Positions 1-10,075 are shown, counted from the first letter of the stretch. The stretch: 64,000 bases of DNA from Candidatus Lustribacter sp. (GCA_965277805.1 OZ255842.1:1024001-1088000); one strand, 5' to 3'. The notes: generated by a model not told the origin, from the letters alone. Numbers and translations are program-made.

Positions 1-365
1 TACGCCAACACGCCGATCTTCTTGCCGCGCAGATCCGCGGGGCTTTTGAACGGTGCATCGCTGCGGCAGTACATGTAGGCCAGCACCGGCATGCGCAGCG
101 GGAAGATCGGCAGTGCGATCACCGGCTCGCCGCGGTCGCGCGCCGCGCAGTACCACGAGAACGACATCTCCGCAACGTCGAATTCCTCGTACACCGGGCG
201 CGTGCAAAACTGCGCGATGTCGTCGAGCGTGTAGGTCGGCTGCGTGCCCTCCGGGACCACGCGGCCATCGAGCAGCGGGCGGGTGCGATCGTAGTCGCTG
301 AACGCGATGCTCAGCGGGAGAAGGTCCGAAACGCGTTCGCGCGCCGGGGATTCGATCAGTTGCAT
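1..365 (-). CDS. 4,5-dihydroxyphthalate decarboxylase-like protein (PBP fold), 3' truncated by window edge
   Basis: Manual translation from ATG at 365 (SD GAGGTG): MQLIESPARERVSDLLPLSIAFSDYDRTRPLLDGRVVPEG...EFDVAEMSFSWY...ALPIFPLR...SPADLRGKKIGV; DYDRTRPL/DVAEMS/ALPIFP are typical of this family. Confidence 0.75.
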   Translation of the reverse strand, partial: MQLIESPARERVSDLLPLSIAFSDYDRTRPLLDGRVVPEGTQPTYTLDDIAQFCTRPVYEEFDVAEMSFSWYCAARDRGEPVIALPIFPLRMPVLAYMYCRSDAPFKSPADLRGKKIGVLA

Positions 366-445
366 CAGCGCCACCTCAAAAGATTCGCAGTAGTGAAGGA
401 TACCGGAAAAATGGCTAAATCTCCCCCGTCCTCGTGAACCCGGCT

Positions 446-1369
446 CTAACGAGCGACAATGGGACCTGGGATGTCGTTTTGGATGAGGCCTTGGGCTTTC
501 ATGTTGTCGAGCCACCAGCGCATTTTCTTCGCGGTTAAACGCGAATCGATCTGTGAATACGGCGTTTCCCGCACCACGGCAACAGGCTGGTTGACGTATT
601 TCGCGACGTACTGGTCTGCGAGATCGAGGTGTGCCAGAGCGAATCTCGCCCCGTCGGCGATTGCTCCGCGGAATGCGTCGACCCCAGCCGGGTTCTTGAC
701 GGCCCAATCCGCGCTCGACACGTAGATGTCGAGTGGTGTCCCGGCCGGCATCGTGCTCTGGAGGTAGACGACCGCTACCCCGGTTTTGTCATCCAGAATG
801 CGCGTGAGAACGGGGACCACGCTCGCAACGGCATCGACGGTCCCGCGTTTGAGCGCGTCATGCATCGTGCCGAAGGGGATTTCGAAGTAGCTGACGCGTT
901 TGGGATCGACGCCGTGGGCGATGAGCCACGCGTTGAGGATCACGTAGTTGGTGCTGCCGATTCCGCTGACGCCGACTTTCTTCCCGATCAGGTCTGCCGG
1001 CTTTGCGATCCCGCCGTCCGGACGCGCGACGAGAGCCACATTTTTTTCATCCGGCGTCGTGACCGTGCCGCCGGCGATGCCGATGAGGCCGATGCCTTTG
1101 CTCAGCGCCTGCAACAACACCGGCGGCGTGTTGCACCCGAGGGTCATCGCATTGCCGAGGATGGCGGTCGCTTCCGTCGCGGAGTTTTGCACGGCTCGAA
1201 GTTCGACGTTCAAGCCGCGCTGCTGAAAATAACCTTGTTCCTTCGCGGCGAACAACGCGACGCAACCCTTGATCGATGTATAGCCGACGATGAGCGGCTC
1301 GTCGGCGTTCGCTTGCCGCGGCAGACCGCCCAACGCAACGGCAAGCATGAGCACGAGGGCGGTTCTCAC
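446..1369 (-). CDS. SsuA/THI5(NMT1)-type ABC solute-binding protein
   Basis: Signal peptide; LFAAKEQGYFQQRGLNVEL, ADLIGKKVGV motifs; GTG start. Confidence 0.85.
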   Translation of the reverse strand: MRTALVLMLAVALGGLPRQANADEPLIVGYTSIKGCVALFAAKEQGYFQQRGLNVELRAVQNSATEATAILGNAMTLGCNTPPVLLQALSKGIGLIGIAGGTVTTPDEKNVALVARPDGGIAKPADLIGKKVGVSGIGSTNYVILNAWLIAHGVDPKRVSYFEIPFGTMHDALKRGTVDAVASVVPVLTRILDDKTGVAVVYLQSTMPAGTPLDIYVSSADWAVKNPAGVDAFRGAIADGARFALAHLDLADQYVAKYVNQPVAVVRETPYSQIDSRLTAKKMRWWLDNMKAQGLIQNDIPGPIVAR

Positions 1370-1375
1370 GCTGAC

Positions 1376-2302
1376 CTAACGCGCGACGATCGGGCCCGGG
1401 ATGTCGTTTTGGATCAGGTCTTGGGCTTTCATGTTGTCGAGCCACCAGCGCATCTGTTTTGAGGTCAAGCGGGAGTCAATTCGTGAATACTGGGTTTGTT
1501 TAACCACGGCAACCGGCTGGTTGAGATATTTTGAGACATACTGGTCGGCGAGATCCGAATGTGCGAGGGCAAAGCTCGCGCCCTGAGCGATCGCTCCACG
1601 GAAGGCATTCACCGCAGCGGAATTCTTATTCGCCCACTCCGTGCTCGAGATGTAGATCACGAGCGGCGTCTCGGTCGGCATCGTGCTCAAAAGGTAGACG
1701 ATTGGGACGCCGCTCTTATCATCGAGGCTGCGCGTGAGAATTGGAGCAACACTTGCAACGGCGTCAACCGTGCCGCGCTTAAGGACATCGTACATCGTGC
1801 TGAACGGCACTTCGAAATAGCTGACGCGTTTGAAATCGACGTGGTTCGCCATCAGCCAGGCGTTGAGGATCACGTAATTCGTGCTGCCGATTCCGCTCAC
1901 GCCGACTTTTTTGCCGGCCAAGTCTTCGGGTTTGACGATCCCGGCATCAGGCCGCGCAAGGAGTGCCGCGTTTTTATCGGTCGGGGTCGAAACGGAGCCG
2001 CCGGCGATCGCGATGAGGCCGATCCCTTTGCTCATTGCTTGCAGCAAGACCGGCGGTGTGTTGCATCCGAGGGTGAGGGCGTTGGCGACGATGGCGGTCG
2101 CTTCGGTGGCGGAATTTTGCACCGGCCGCAACTCGACATTGAGGCCATGCTGCTGAAAATAGCCCTGCTCCTTCGCCGTGAACAGAGCGACGCAATCCTT
2201 GACCGAGGTGTAACCGATGATGATGGGTTCATCGGCGGCGTTCATTTGCTGCGGCAGACCGCACAAAACGAAGCCGAAGATAAGGGCGAGAACGGCTTTC
2301 AT
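1376..2302 (-). CDS. SsuA/THI5-type solute-binding protein, tandem paralog of 446..1369
   Basis: Start reassigned to ATG 2302 (MKAVLALIFG, SD GGAG); collinear with neighbour, both end LIQNDIPGPIVAR. Confidence 0.85.
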   Translation of the reverse strand: MKAVLALIFGFVLCGLPQQMNAADEPIIIGYTSVKDCVALFTAKEQGYFQQHGLNVELRPVQNSATEATAIVANALTLGCNTPPVLLQAMSKGIGLIAIAGGSVSTPTDKNAALLARPDAGIVKPEDLAGKKVGVSGIGSTNYVILNAWLMANHVDFKRVSYFEVPFSTMYDVLKRGTVDAVASVAPILTRSLDDKSGVPIVYLLSTMPTETPLVIYISSTEWANKNSAAVNAFRGAIAQGASFALAHSDLADQYVSKYLNQPVAVVKQTQYSRIDSRLTSKQMRWWLDNMKAQDLIQNDIPGPIVAR

Positions 2303-2324
2303 GCTGCGGTCTCCATAGACACGA

Positions 2325-2363
2325 CGATTTTTCGCAATTCGGAGGAATACCGGCGAAATTTCG
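2325..2363. promoter_or_regulatory. Putative GntR operator pair CGA-N4-TCG in divergent intergenic region
   Basis: CGATTTTTCG (2325-2334) and perfect palindrome CGAAATTTCG (2354-2363) in the 75-bp gap between the SBP and GntR genes. Confidence 0.4.
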
Positions 2364-2377
2364 AAACTCCTGGTGGA

Positions 2378-3076
2378 ATGTTTCCAGTCGCGGCCTCCCG
2401 TCCGGGAACGATCACCGTTGCCGGCGAGCTCTACGAGCAGCTTCGATGCGACATTTTGTCCGCCCGACTGCGTCCGGGTCAGCGTTTGCGTAACGAAGCG
2501 CTCAAGGCGCGTTATGGCGGCGGCGTCGGCACCGTGCGCGAGGCCCTGAACCGGCTGCGGGCCGAGGGACTCGTTACGCAGGAAGATCAGCGCGGCTTTC
2601 GCGTGTCTCCGGTAAGTCTCGATGAACTGCGCGAACTGACCGAGACGCGCTGCTGGGTGAACGCCGTCGCGCTCACGGCCTCGTGCGCGAACGGTGACGC
2701 AGCGTGGGAAGAAGCGGTCTTGCTCGCCTATCACCGCATGTCGCGGTCTGTCTCGCGGGCCGTCGCGGGCGAGCCCACGATCGAGCAACGCGAACTGCAT
2801 CGCATGTTTCATGCATCGCTTTACGCCGCGTGTGCTTCGCGCTGGCTGATCGGATTTGCCGAGATGCTGTTCGATGCTGCTGCCCGTTACCAAAGCCTCG
2901 CCTACCCGGACGAGCGCGATCCGCGCGACTACGACGCCGAGCACCGGGCGATCATGGAAGCAGCGGTCGCGCGCAAGGCCCCGGAGGCCGTAGCGTTGCT
3001 CGACGAGCATTTCCGGGCGACGGCCGAACGCGTGGCGCGCGCGGCGTCGCGCGACAACGGACTGGCGCTGGCGTGA
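2378..3076 (+). CDS. GntR/FadR-family (HTH + FCD) transcriptional regulator
   Basis: LYEQLRCDILSARLRPGQRL...VREALNRLRAEGLV...RGFRV wHTH; FCD motifs HRMFH and EHRAIMEA. Confidence 0.9.
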   Translation: MFPVAASRPGTITVAGELYEQLRCDILSARLRPGQRLRNEALKARYGGGVGTVREALNRLRAEGLVTQEDQRGFRVSPVSLDELRELTETRCWVNAVALTASCANGDAAWEEAVLLAYHRMSRSVSRAVAGEPTIEQRELHRMFHASLYAACASRWLIGFAEMLFDAAARYQSLAYPDERDPRDYDAEHRAIMEAAVARKAPEAVALLDEHFRATAERVARAASRDNGLALA

Positions 3077-5139
3077 GTGCCGTCGCGGGCTTGCGCATCG
3101 GGGTCGACATCGGCGGCACGTTCACCGACGTGGCCGTGCTCGATCCGGCTGACGGCTCCGTGGCGTACGGCAAGGCGCTGAGCACACCCGACGATCTCGT
3201 GCGCGGGATCTTCGATGCGATCGAGGCTTCGGGCGCCGCACCGTCGGCGGCCGACTTCATCATTCACGGCTCGACGGTCGCGATCAATGCGATCCTCGAG
3301 CGCAAAGGCGCGCATACGGCGCTGATCACAACCGGCGGCTTCCGCGATACCTACGAGATCGGCCGCATCAACCGCCCCGATTCGTTCAACTTGTTCTTTC
3401 GCAAACACGTGCCGCTCGTTCCGCGCGACCGCGTGTTCGAGATCGACGAACGCATGCTCGCTGACGGCACGGTCTGGCGCCCGTTTCCGGATGAAAGCGC
3501 GCGCGCGGTGGCGCAGACGCTCGTCGATGAGAAGATCGAGTCGGTCGCGGTCGTGTTCATTCACGCCTACAACACGATCGATCACGAAGCGCGCATGCTC
3601 GCGATCCTGCGCGAAGCGAATCCCGACTGGTTCCTCACCGCATCGCACGAGGTCTCGCGTGAACAGCGCGAATACGAACGCATCTCGACGACCGTCGCCA
3701 ACGCGTATGTGGGCCCGCGCGTCTCGTCGTATCTCGCGCGCCTCGAAACGCGCCTCGAACGCGAAGGCTTCGGCGGCAGCCTGCTGATCATGCAATCCAG
3801 CGGCGGCCTCTTCGACGTCGCAACGGCGCGCGCGCAGTGCATCCAGATGCTCGAATCGGGACCGGCCGCGGGCGTCGTCGCTTCGAAGACGATCGGTGCG
3901 TCGCTCGGGCTGGAAAACCTCATCTGCTTCGACATGGGCGGCACGACGGCGAAAGCATGCGTGCTGCAGCGCGGAACCGCCGCGCTCTCGGCCGACTACT
4001 TCGTCGGCGGCTACAACGAAGGTCTGGTCATTCGTATCCCCGTCCTCGACATCAAGGAAGTCGGCACCGGCGGCGGCAGCCTCGCCTGGATCGATGACGT
4101 CGGCGCGCTGCACGTTGGTCCTGAGAGCGCCGGCGCCAGCCCGGGCCCCGCGTGTTACGGCAACGGCGGCGAATTGCCGACCGTCACCGACGCGCACCTC
4201 GTGCTCGGCCATCTCTCGGCGTCGCGTTTCAACGACGGCCGGATCAAGCTCGATGAAGCCGCCGCGATCCGCGCGATCGAGACGCACGTTGCCGGGCCGC
4301 TCGGGCTCGACGTCGCGACGGCTGCGGGCGGTATCCTCGCGATCGCGAACGCGCAGATGGCCAACGGCGTGCGCGCGGTGACGACCGAACGCGGACTCGA
4401 CCCGCGCGATTTCACGCTGGTCGTTTACGGCGGCGCGGGCCCGCTGCACGCGGTCGACGTGGCGCGCGAGCTCGCGATCAACGCGGTGATCATCCCCGAT
4501 TCGCCGGGACACTTCTCAGCCTTCGGCATGCAAACGGCGGATTTGCGCCGCGAGTACGCGCGCACGTTCGTGCGGCCGCTGGACACCGCCGTCATCGAGC
4601 AAGTCAAAACGATGTGCGAAGGCTTGCGCGGCGACGCCGCGGCGTGGCTCTCCGAAGCCGGCGTGCCGAGCGAAGGCATGGCCTTCGAACACGCGGCCGA
4701 CATCCGTTACATCGGCCAAGAACATGCGGTGACGGTCGCCCTCAACATCGATGCCGATCCGGCGACGCTCGTGCGCGAAGCGAAGGACGCCTTCGACGCG
4801 GCGCACTTGCAGCGCTATAGCCACAACGCGCCGCAAGAAGCGGCGGAACTGGTCACCGTGCGCGTGTCGGTGATCGGCATCCTGAGCAAACCATCGCCGC
4901 GCCGCGTCGCCGGCGGGAACGCCGCGCCCGAACCTGCCGCGCATCTCGATCGCCGCGCGATCAGCTTCGATCGCTCGGCAGCAATCGATGCGGCGGTCTA
5001 CGATCGCACGCAGCTGCTGGTCGGGAACACGATCGCGGGACCGGCCGTGATTCAAGAAGCGGGCTCCGCCACGAGCGTGCCGCCCGGCGTCACGCTGCGC
5101 GTCGGCGACTTCGGCCATCTCTTCCTCGAGGTATCCTGA
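3073..5139 (+). CDS. Hydantoinase/oxoprolinase family subunit A (HyuA-like)
   Basis: GVDIGGTFTD, HGSTVAINA, ESGPAAG, DMGGTT, GPESAGASPGPACYG; GTG overlaps GntR stop (GTGA). Confidence 0.92.
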   Translation: MSAVAGLRIGVDIGGTFTDVAVLDPADGSVAYGKALSTPDDLVRGIFDAIEASGAAPSAADFIIHGSTVAINAILERKGAHTALITTGGFRDTYEIGRINRPDSFNLFFRKHVPLVPRDRVFEIDERMLADGTVWRPFPDESARAVAQTLVDEKIESVAVVFIHAYNTIDHEARMLAILREANPDWFLTASHEVSREQREYERISTTVANAYVGPRVSSYLARLETRLEREGFGGSLLIMQSSGGLFDVATARAQCIQMLESGPAAGVVASKTIGASLGLENLICFDMGGTTAKACVLQRGTAALSADYFVGGYNEGLVIRIPVLDIKEVGTGGGSLAWIDDVGALHVGPESAGASPGPACYGNGGELPTVTDAHLVLGHLSASRFNDGRIKLDEAAAIRAIETHVAGPLGLDVATAAGGILAIANAQMANGVRAVTTERGLDPRDFTLVVYGGAGPLHAVDVARELAINAVIIPDSPGHFSAFGMQTADLRREYARTFVRPLDTAVIEQVKTMCEGLRGDAAAWLSEAGVPSEGMAFEHAADIRYIGQEHAVTVALNIDADPATLVREAKDAFDAAHLQRYSHNAPQEAAELVTVRVSVIGILSKPSPRRVAGGNAAPEPAAHLDRRAISFDRSAAIDAAVYDRTQLLVGNTIAGPAVIQEAGSATSVPPGVTLRVGDFGHLFLEVS

Positions 5140-5143
5140 CACG

Positions 5144-6913
5144 ATGCTCGCATCGACGCCGGCCGTGACCGACCCGATCACCGCCGAGATCATTCGCAGT
5201 TCGCTCATCGCGATCACCGATGAGATGAAGACGAACCTCATGCGCACGGCTTATAGCCCGATCATCTACGAAGCGCTCGACTACACCGTCGGCCTCTTCG
5301 ATGAGAAGGGCGATACGATCTCGATCGGCCTCGGCTTGCCGATGTTCATCCGCGGTCTCTCGGATGCGATCAAGGCGAAGATCGAGCATTACGGCTACGA
5401 CAAGATCTACCCGGGCGACATCCTGCTCACCAACGACGCCTACATCATGGGCAGTCATCTCTACCACATGGTTTTCACCGTGCCGATCTTCCACGAGGGA
5501 AAGATCGCGGGCTTCGCGTCGTCGATGGCACATTGGACCGACGTCGGCGGCGTGATCAGCGGCACGACGCAAGACATCTACTCCGAAGGCCTGCAGCTCC
5601 CGATCGTCAAGATTTTCAAGCGCGGCGTGCAGGATGAAGAACTGACCGATATCATCTGCACGAACGTGCGCATGCCCGACCTCGCGATGGGCGACTTCCG
5701 CGCGCAAATTTCCGCGATCCGCACGGGTGAGATCCGCTACGGTGCGCTCCTCGCGCGCTATGGACGCGACGCCGTCGACTCGAGCCTTCGGAGTATCGCC
5801 GATCAGAGCGAACGGACCGCGCGCGCGGCGGTCGCTACGATTCCCGACGGCGTCTACGTGGCCGAATCGTACATGGACGACGACGGCATCGGCAGCACGC
5901 CGATCGTCATCAAGGTGCGCGTCATCGTCGAGGGCGATCAGATGACGATCGATCTCTCCGATGTCGCGAAGCAAGTCCCGGGGTACTTCAACTCGGGCGC
6001 CACGGCCGGACGCTCGGCCGCGCAAGTCGCGTTCAAGTGTCTCACGACTCCGGCCGTCTATCCGATCAACGAGGGGGCGTTCCGGCCGCTGAACATCGTG
6101 CTGCCGCCCGGCACCGTGGTGAGTGCAACGAAACCGTCGGCGATGCGCTGGTGGATGACGATCCCGATGACGGTCGTTGAGACCGTGTTCAAAGCGTTAG
6201 CTCCGGTGATCCCCGATCGCGTGATCGCAGGCCATTATGCCGACCTCTGCATCTGCGTGTACTACGGCCTCGATCCGAAGACGGGCCGCTTCTTCGTGCG
6301 GGGCGGCAACATGCCGGGCGGCGGCTGGGGAGCGAAGCACAACGAAGACGGCATAAGCGCGGTCATCTGCATCAACGACGGCGATACACACAACTTCGTC
6401 TCCGAAGCGGTCGAGCTCAAGTCCCCAATGATCTTCGAGAAGTACGGTTTGCGTTGCGACTCCGGCGGGGCCGGTCAGTTTCGCGGCGGCCTGGGCGTCG
6501 ACTTGCGCGTGCGCGTCCGCTCGACCATGCGCTTCAACTCGTTCATCGAGCGGACGAAGTGTGCGCCGTGGGGACTGCACGGTGGGAAGGACGCCTTGCC
6601 GAACAACGTCACGATCGAGCGCGCGAACGGCGAACTCGTAACCAAGGACAACGGTAAGTTCGATTCGCTGACCCTCTATGAAGGCGACGTCGTCATCGTC
6701 GAGTCCGGCGGAGGCGGCGGCTACGGAGACCCCCGCCTACGCCCGCGCGCCACGGTACGCAACGACGTCCGCCGCGGCTACGTCAGCGAACGCTCCGCCA
6801 TCGAAGACTACGGAATGACCCCCGCCGACCTCGCCCATGTCAACCCGAGCAAAGCGCCCGAAGGGCGCCTCGTCGAGGGACCGCCACCAACCGAGGTCAT
6901 CACGAGCGGCTAA
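5144..6913 (+). CDS. Hydantoinase B/oxoprolinase family subunit (HyuB-like)
   Basis: RTAYSPIIYEALD, PGDILLTND, HWTDVGG, SGGAGQFRGGLG, GGGGYGDP. Confidence 0.92.
   Translation: MLASTPAVTDPITAEIIRSSLIAITDEMKTNLMRTAYSPIIYEALDYTVGLFDEKGDTISIGLGLPMFIRGLSDAIKAKIEHYGYDKIYPGDILLTNDAYIMGSHLYHMVFTVPIFHEGKIAGFASSMAHWTDVGGVISGTTQDIYSEGLQLPIVKIFKRGVQDEELTDIICTNVRMPDLAMGDFRAQISAIRTGEIRYGALLARYGRDAVDSSLRSIADQSERTARAAVATIPDGVYVAESYMDDDGIGSTPIVIKVRVIVEGDQMTIDLSDVAKQVPGYFNSGATAGRSAAQVAFKCLTTPAVYPINEGAFRPLNIVLPPGTVVSATKPSAMRWWMTIPMTVVETVFKALAPVIPDRVIAGHYADLCICVYYGLDPKTGRFFVRGGNMPGGGWGAKHNEDGISAVICINDGDTHNFVSEAVELKSPMIFEKYGLRCDSGGAGQFRGGLGVDLRVRVRSTMRFNSFIERTKCAPWGLHGGKDALPNNVTIERANGELVTKDNGKFDSLTLYEGDVVIVESGGGGGYGDPRLRPRATVRNDVRRGYVSERSAIEDYGMTPADLAHVNPSKAPEGRLVEGPPPTEVITSG
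6838..6885 (+). repeat. REP-like palindrome, long variant with GAA triloop, inside hyuB 3' end
   Basis: TGTCAACCCGAGCAAA-GCGCCC-GAA-GGGCGC-CTCGTCGAGGGACCGCC. Confidence 0.8.
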
Positions 6914-8069
6914 AATCGCGCCCCTTCCACGTCCCCCCGCGCCCGCGCGCATGCCGCCGCGCCGAATCAATCGTCATCGCCGTATAGATCACGCCCGCAA
7001 CCGGCAGCGTCAACGCCCGCCACCATGGCTGCCGGTATGATCGCACCGTCGGCGCATACGCCGCGCTCATCACTCCGAGCGCCACAATCCCCGCCAGCGC
7101 CACCGACGGCTTGCGCCGCACAACCCCAAGCCCGAGCGCAGCAACCGGCGCAACATACAGCAACAGCATTCCGACGACCGTCCCCGCCAGCAACGCCGGC
7201 GAATACCGCAACTGCGTGTACGCGGTGCGCGCCACCATCGACCAAATCGGCTCAAGCCCGATATATGGCCGCACGCTGCGCGAACGCGTCGAGTTGCCGA
7301 GCCACAACCGCCCGCCCTCGCTCGCCACCGCCGCCGCGAGCGAACAGTCGTCGATCAGCTCGCCGCGAATGCGCTCGACGCCGCCGATGCGCCGCAACAA
7401 CTCGTCGCTCAGCAGCACGCACCCGCCCGCCGCCCCCGCCGTCGCGCGCTTCGGATCGTTCACCCACGCGAATGGATAGAGCATGCGAAAGAAAAACACA
7501 AACGCGGGAATCAGCAATTGCTCCCACGGCTCCGCGCAGTGCAACTCCACCATCAGCGACACCAGATCGCGCCGCTCGCGCTGCGCCGTCGCCACCAACC
7601 GCGCAAGCGTATCGTCCGCATGCTCCACATCGGCGTCGGTGAACCACCAGTACGCCGGCCGCGCACCGGCTCGCCGCGCCGCCGCAACCCCCTCCGCCAT
7701 CGCCCAAACCTTGCCGCTCCACCCGTCGGGCCGCGGCGCCGCACGATGCAGCGCCACCCGCTCCCCCGCCTGCGCTCGCTCCACGGCCGCCGCCACTTCC
7801 GAGCCGGTATTGTCCTCGCTGCGATCGTCGACCACCGTGAGCGCGAGCCGCCCCGGATACCGTTGCGCGATCACCGAACTCGTGGTCCTGGCGATGACGT
7901 CGCCTTCGTTGCGTGCCGGAACGACCGCGTGGACGTCGGGGGCGTTCGAATCGGTGACCGGATCCGCGAGGCGATCCGCACGTGCGTCCCAAAACTGACC
8001 GCGTGCAACCACCATCCCGATCCACGCAGCAGCGGCCACCCAAGCCGCATATTTGGTAAACGTGAGCAT
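6900..8069 (-). CDS. hpnB: Hopanoid-associated GT2 glycosyltransferase
   Basis: VPARNE, VDDRSED, GWSGKVWA, TDAD, GAAGGCVL, LIDDCSLA, VARTAYTQLRYS, GGTWKGR; adjacent to shc. Confidence 0.85.
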   Translation of the reverse strand: MLTFTKYAAWVAAAAWIGMVVARGQFWDARADRLADPVTDSNAPDVHAVVPARNEGDVIARTTSSVIAQRYPGRLALTVVDDRSEDNTGSEVAAAVERAQAGERVALHRAAPRPDGWSGKVWAMAEGVAAARRAGARPAYWWFTDADVEHADDTLARLVATAQRERRDLVSLMVELHCAEPWEQLLIPAFVFFFRMLYPFAWVNDPKRATAGAAGGCVLLSDELLRRIGGVERIRGELIDDCSLAAAVASEGGRLWLGNSTRSRSVRPYIGLEPIWSMVARTAYTQLRYSPALLAGTVVGMLLLYVAPVAALGLGVVRRKPSVALAGIVALGVMSAAYAPTVRSYRQPWWRALTLPVAGVIYTAMTIDSARRHARGRGGTWKGRDFSRS

Positions 8070-10014
8070 CGAGACCCGTCCTTCGGACGCGCCGCCCGCG
8101 CGCCCCGCTCTCGCGCTCATGATGGCGCTGCGCCGCGCCACCGACGCGCTTTTTCGCAAACAGCAGCCCGACGGCTACTGGTGGGCCGAGCTGCAGTCCA
8201 ATCCGTCGATCACGGCCGAGGTGCTGCTGCTGCATCGCATCTGGGGAAATTTCGACCGCGTTCCCAAGGCGCAAGCCGAAGCGTATTTCCGCAAGGAGCA
8301 GCGCGCGCACGGCGGCTGGGAACTCGCCTACGACGACGGCGGCGAACTCAGCGTGTCGGTGGAGGCGTACATGGCGCTGCGCCTGCTCGGCGTGCGGACC
8401 GATGATCCGGCGCTGGTCCGCGCGCGCACGTTCATCCTCGCCCGCGGCGGCATCTCGGCGACGCGCATCTTCACGAAGATGCACCTGGCGCTGATCGGCG
8501 CGTACGAGTGGAGCGGTTTGCCGTCGCTGCCGCCCGCGATCATGATGCTGCCCGATCGCTTCCCGTTCTCGATCTACGAACTCTCGAGCTGGGCGCGCGG
8601 CAGCACCGTGCCGCTCGTGATTCTCTTCGATCGCAAGCCGATCTACGGTTCGGTGCCGATGGACGAACTCTACGCCGAAGGCCGCACGAACGTGCGCTTC
8701 GAGTTGCCGCCGCCGAAAGACGCGTTCGAGTCGCTCTTCCTCGTGCTCGACAACGTGATGAAGTTCGGCGAGCGCTACGGCATCGTGCCGTTCCGCAACG
8801 AGGGCATCGCGCGCGCGGAGAAGTGGACCGTGCAGCGCCAGGAAGCGACCGGCGATTGGGGCGGCATCATCCCCGCGATGCTCAACGCGATGCTCGCGCT
8901 GCGCGCGCTCGGCTACGATGCCAACGATCCCGTCGTCAGACGCGGCTGGTCGGCGATCGACGGCTTCACGATCGTCGACGACGATTCGTATCGCGTCCAG
9001 CCATGCATCTCGCCCGTGTGGGACACGGGGCTCGCGGTGCGTTCGCTCGTCGACGCCGGTGTAACGCGCAACGATAAGCGCCTGGTCTCCGCAGTGAACT
9101 GGCTGCTCGAGAAACAGATCGTCGCGACGTACGGTGACTGGTCGGTGAAGAACCGCACCGGCAAGCCCGGCGGCTGGGCGTTCGAGTTCGAGAACGCGTG
9201 GTATCCTGACGTCGACGACACCGCCGTCGTCGCGATGGCGCTCGGCGCGATCGAACATCCCGATGGACCGCGCGTGCAAGCCGCGCTCGAACGCGCGATG
9301 CAATGGGTCGGCACGATGCAGTGCAAGAACGGCGGCTGGGGCGCCTTCGACGTCGACAACGATCAGGATTGGCTCAACCGGATTCCCTACGGCGATCTCA
9401 AGGCGATGATCGATCCGGCCACGGCCGACGTGAGCGCGCGCGTGCTCGAGATGGTCGTGCGCTGCAAACCCGCCGGCTTCGACCGTGCGCGTTTCGAGAG
9501 CGGCCTCACCTATCTGCTCGAAGAACAAGAGATCGACGGCGCGTGGTTCGGCCGCTGGGGCGTGAACTACATCTACGGAACGAGCGGTGCGCTCGCCGCA
9601 CTCGGACCGGCGCGCGCCGAACGTCGCATCGACCACGCCGTCGTCCGCGGCGCGGTCTGGCTCCGCAGCGTGCAAAACGCCGACGGCGGCTGGGGCGAAA
9701 CCACCGACACGTACAAGAACCCAAGCCTGCGCGGCCAAGGCCCCAGCACCGCGAGCCAAACCGCGTGGGCGCTGATCGGCCTGCTCGAAACCGTGCAACG
9801 GCTGAAGAAGCTCGCGCCCGAGTTCATGCCCGCCATCGAACGCGGCGTCGACTTCCTCATCCGCACGCAGCGCGACGACGGCAACTGGGACGAACCCGAA
9901 TTCACCGGCACCGGCTTCCCCGTCCACTTCTACCTAAACTATCACCAGTATCGCCTGCACTTCCCGCTCTCAGCCCTCGGCCGCTACGCCGCCTGGAGAC
10001 GCGCCACAAGCTAA
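8062..10014 (+). CDS. shc: Squalene-hopene cyclase (start uncertain: GTG 8062 or ATG 8119)
   Basis: Catalytic YPDVDDTA (DxDD), QW repeats (QNADGGWG, QRDDGNW), WFGRWGVNYIYGT, FTGTGFP. Confidence 0.97.
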   Translation: MSIETRPSDAPPARPALALMMALRRATDALFRKQQPDGYWWAELQSNPSITAEVLLLHRIWGNFDRVPKAQAEAYFRKEQRAHGGWELAYDDGGELSVSVEAYMALRLLGVRTDDPALVRARTFILARGGISATRIFTKMHLALIGAYEWSGLPSLPPAIMMLPDRFPFSIYELSSWARGSTVPLVILFDRKPIYGSVPMDELYAEGRTNVRFELPPPKDAFESLFLVLDNVMKFGERYGIVPFRNEGIARAEKWTVQRQEATGDWGGIIPAMLNAMLALRALGYDANDPVVRRGWSAIDGFTIVDDDSYRVQPCISPVWDTGLAVRSLVDAGVTRNDKRLVSAVNWLLEKQIVATYGDWSVKNRTGKPGGWAFEFENAWYPDVDDTAVVAMALGAIEHPDGPRVQAALERAMQWVGTMQCKNGGWGAFDVDNDQDWLNRIPYGDLKAMIDPATADVSARVLEMVVRCKPAGFDRARFESGLTYLLEEQEIDGAWFGRWGVNYIYGTSGALAALGPARAERRIDHAVVRGAVWLRSVQNADGGWGETTDTYKNPSLRGQGPSTASQTAWALIGLLETVQRLKKLAPEFMPAIERGVDFLIRTQRDDGNWDEPEFTGTGFPVHFYLNYHQYRLHFPLSALGRYAAWRRATS

Positions 10015-10030
10015 CTCATCGCAAACTGTG

Positions 10031-10075
10031 TGTCATTCCGAGCGAAGCGCCGTAGGGCGCGCAGCCGAGGAACGC
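10031..10075 (+). repeat. REP-like palindrome, long variant with GTA triloop
   Basis: TGTCATTCCGAGCGAA-GCGCC-GTA-GGGCGC-GCAGCCGAGGAACGC just after shc stop. Confidence 0.7.

Noticed and set aside
1376-3076. 544-aa and 505-aa overlapping ORFs suggesting SBP-GntR fusions
   Set aside because: Each is a real gene extended through the antisense of the other; better starts at 2302 and 2378
7252-9927. 891-aa minus-strand ORF and similar long antisense ORFs (2929..4512, 26419..28038, 51602..53503)
   Set aside because: Shadow frames of well-supported genes in GC-rich DNA; no motifs
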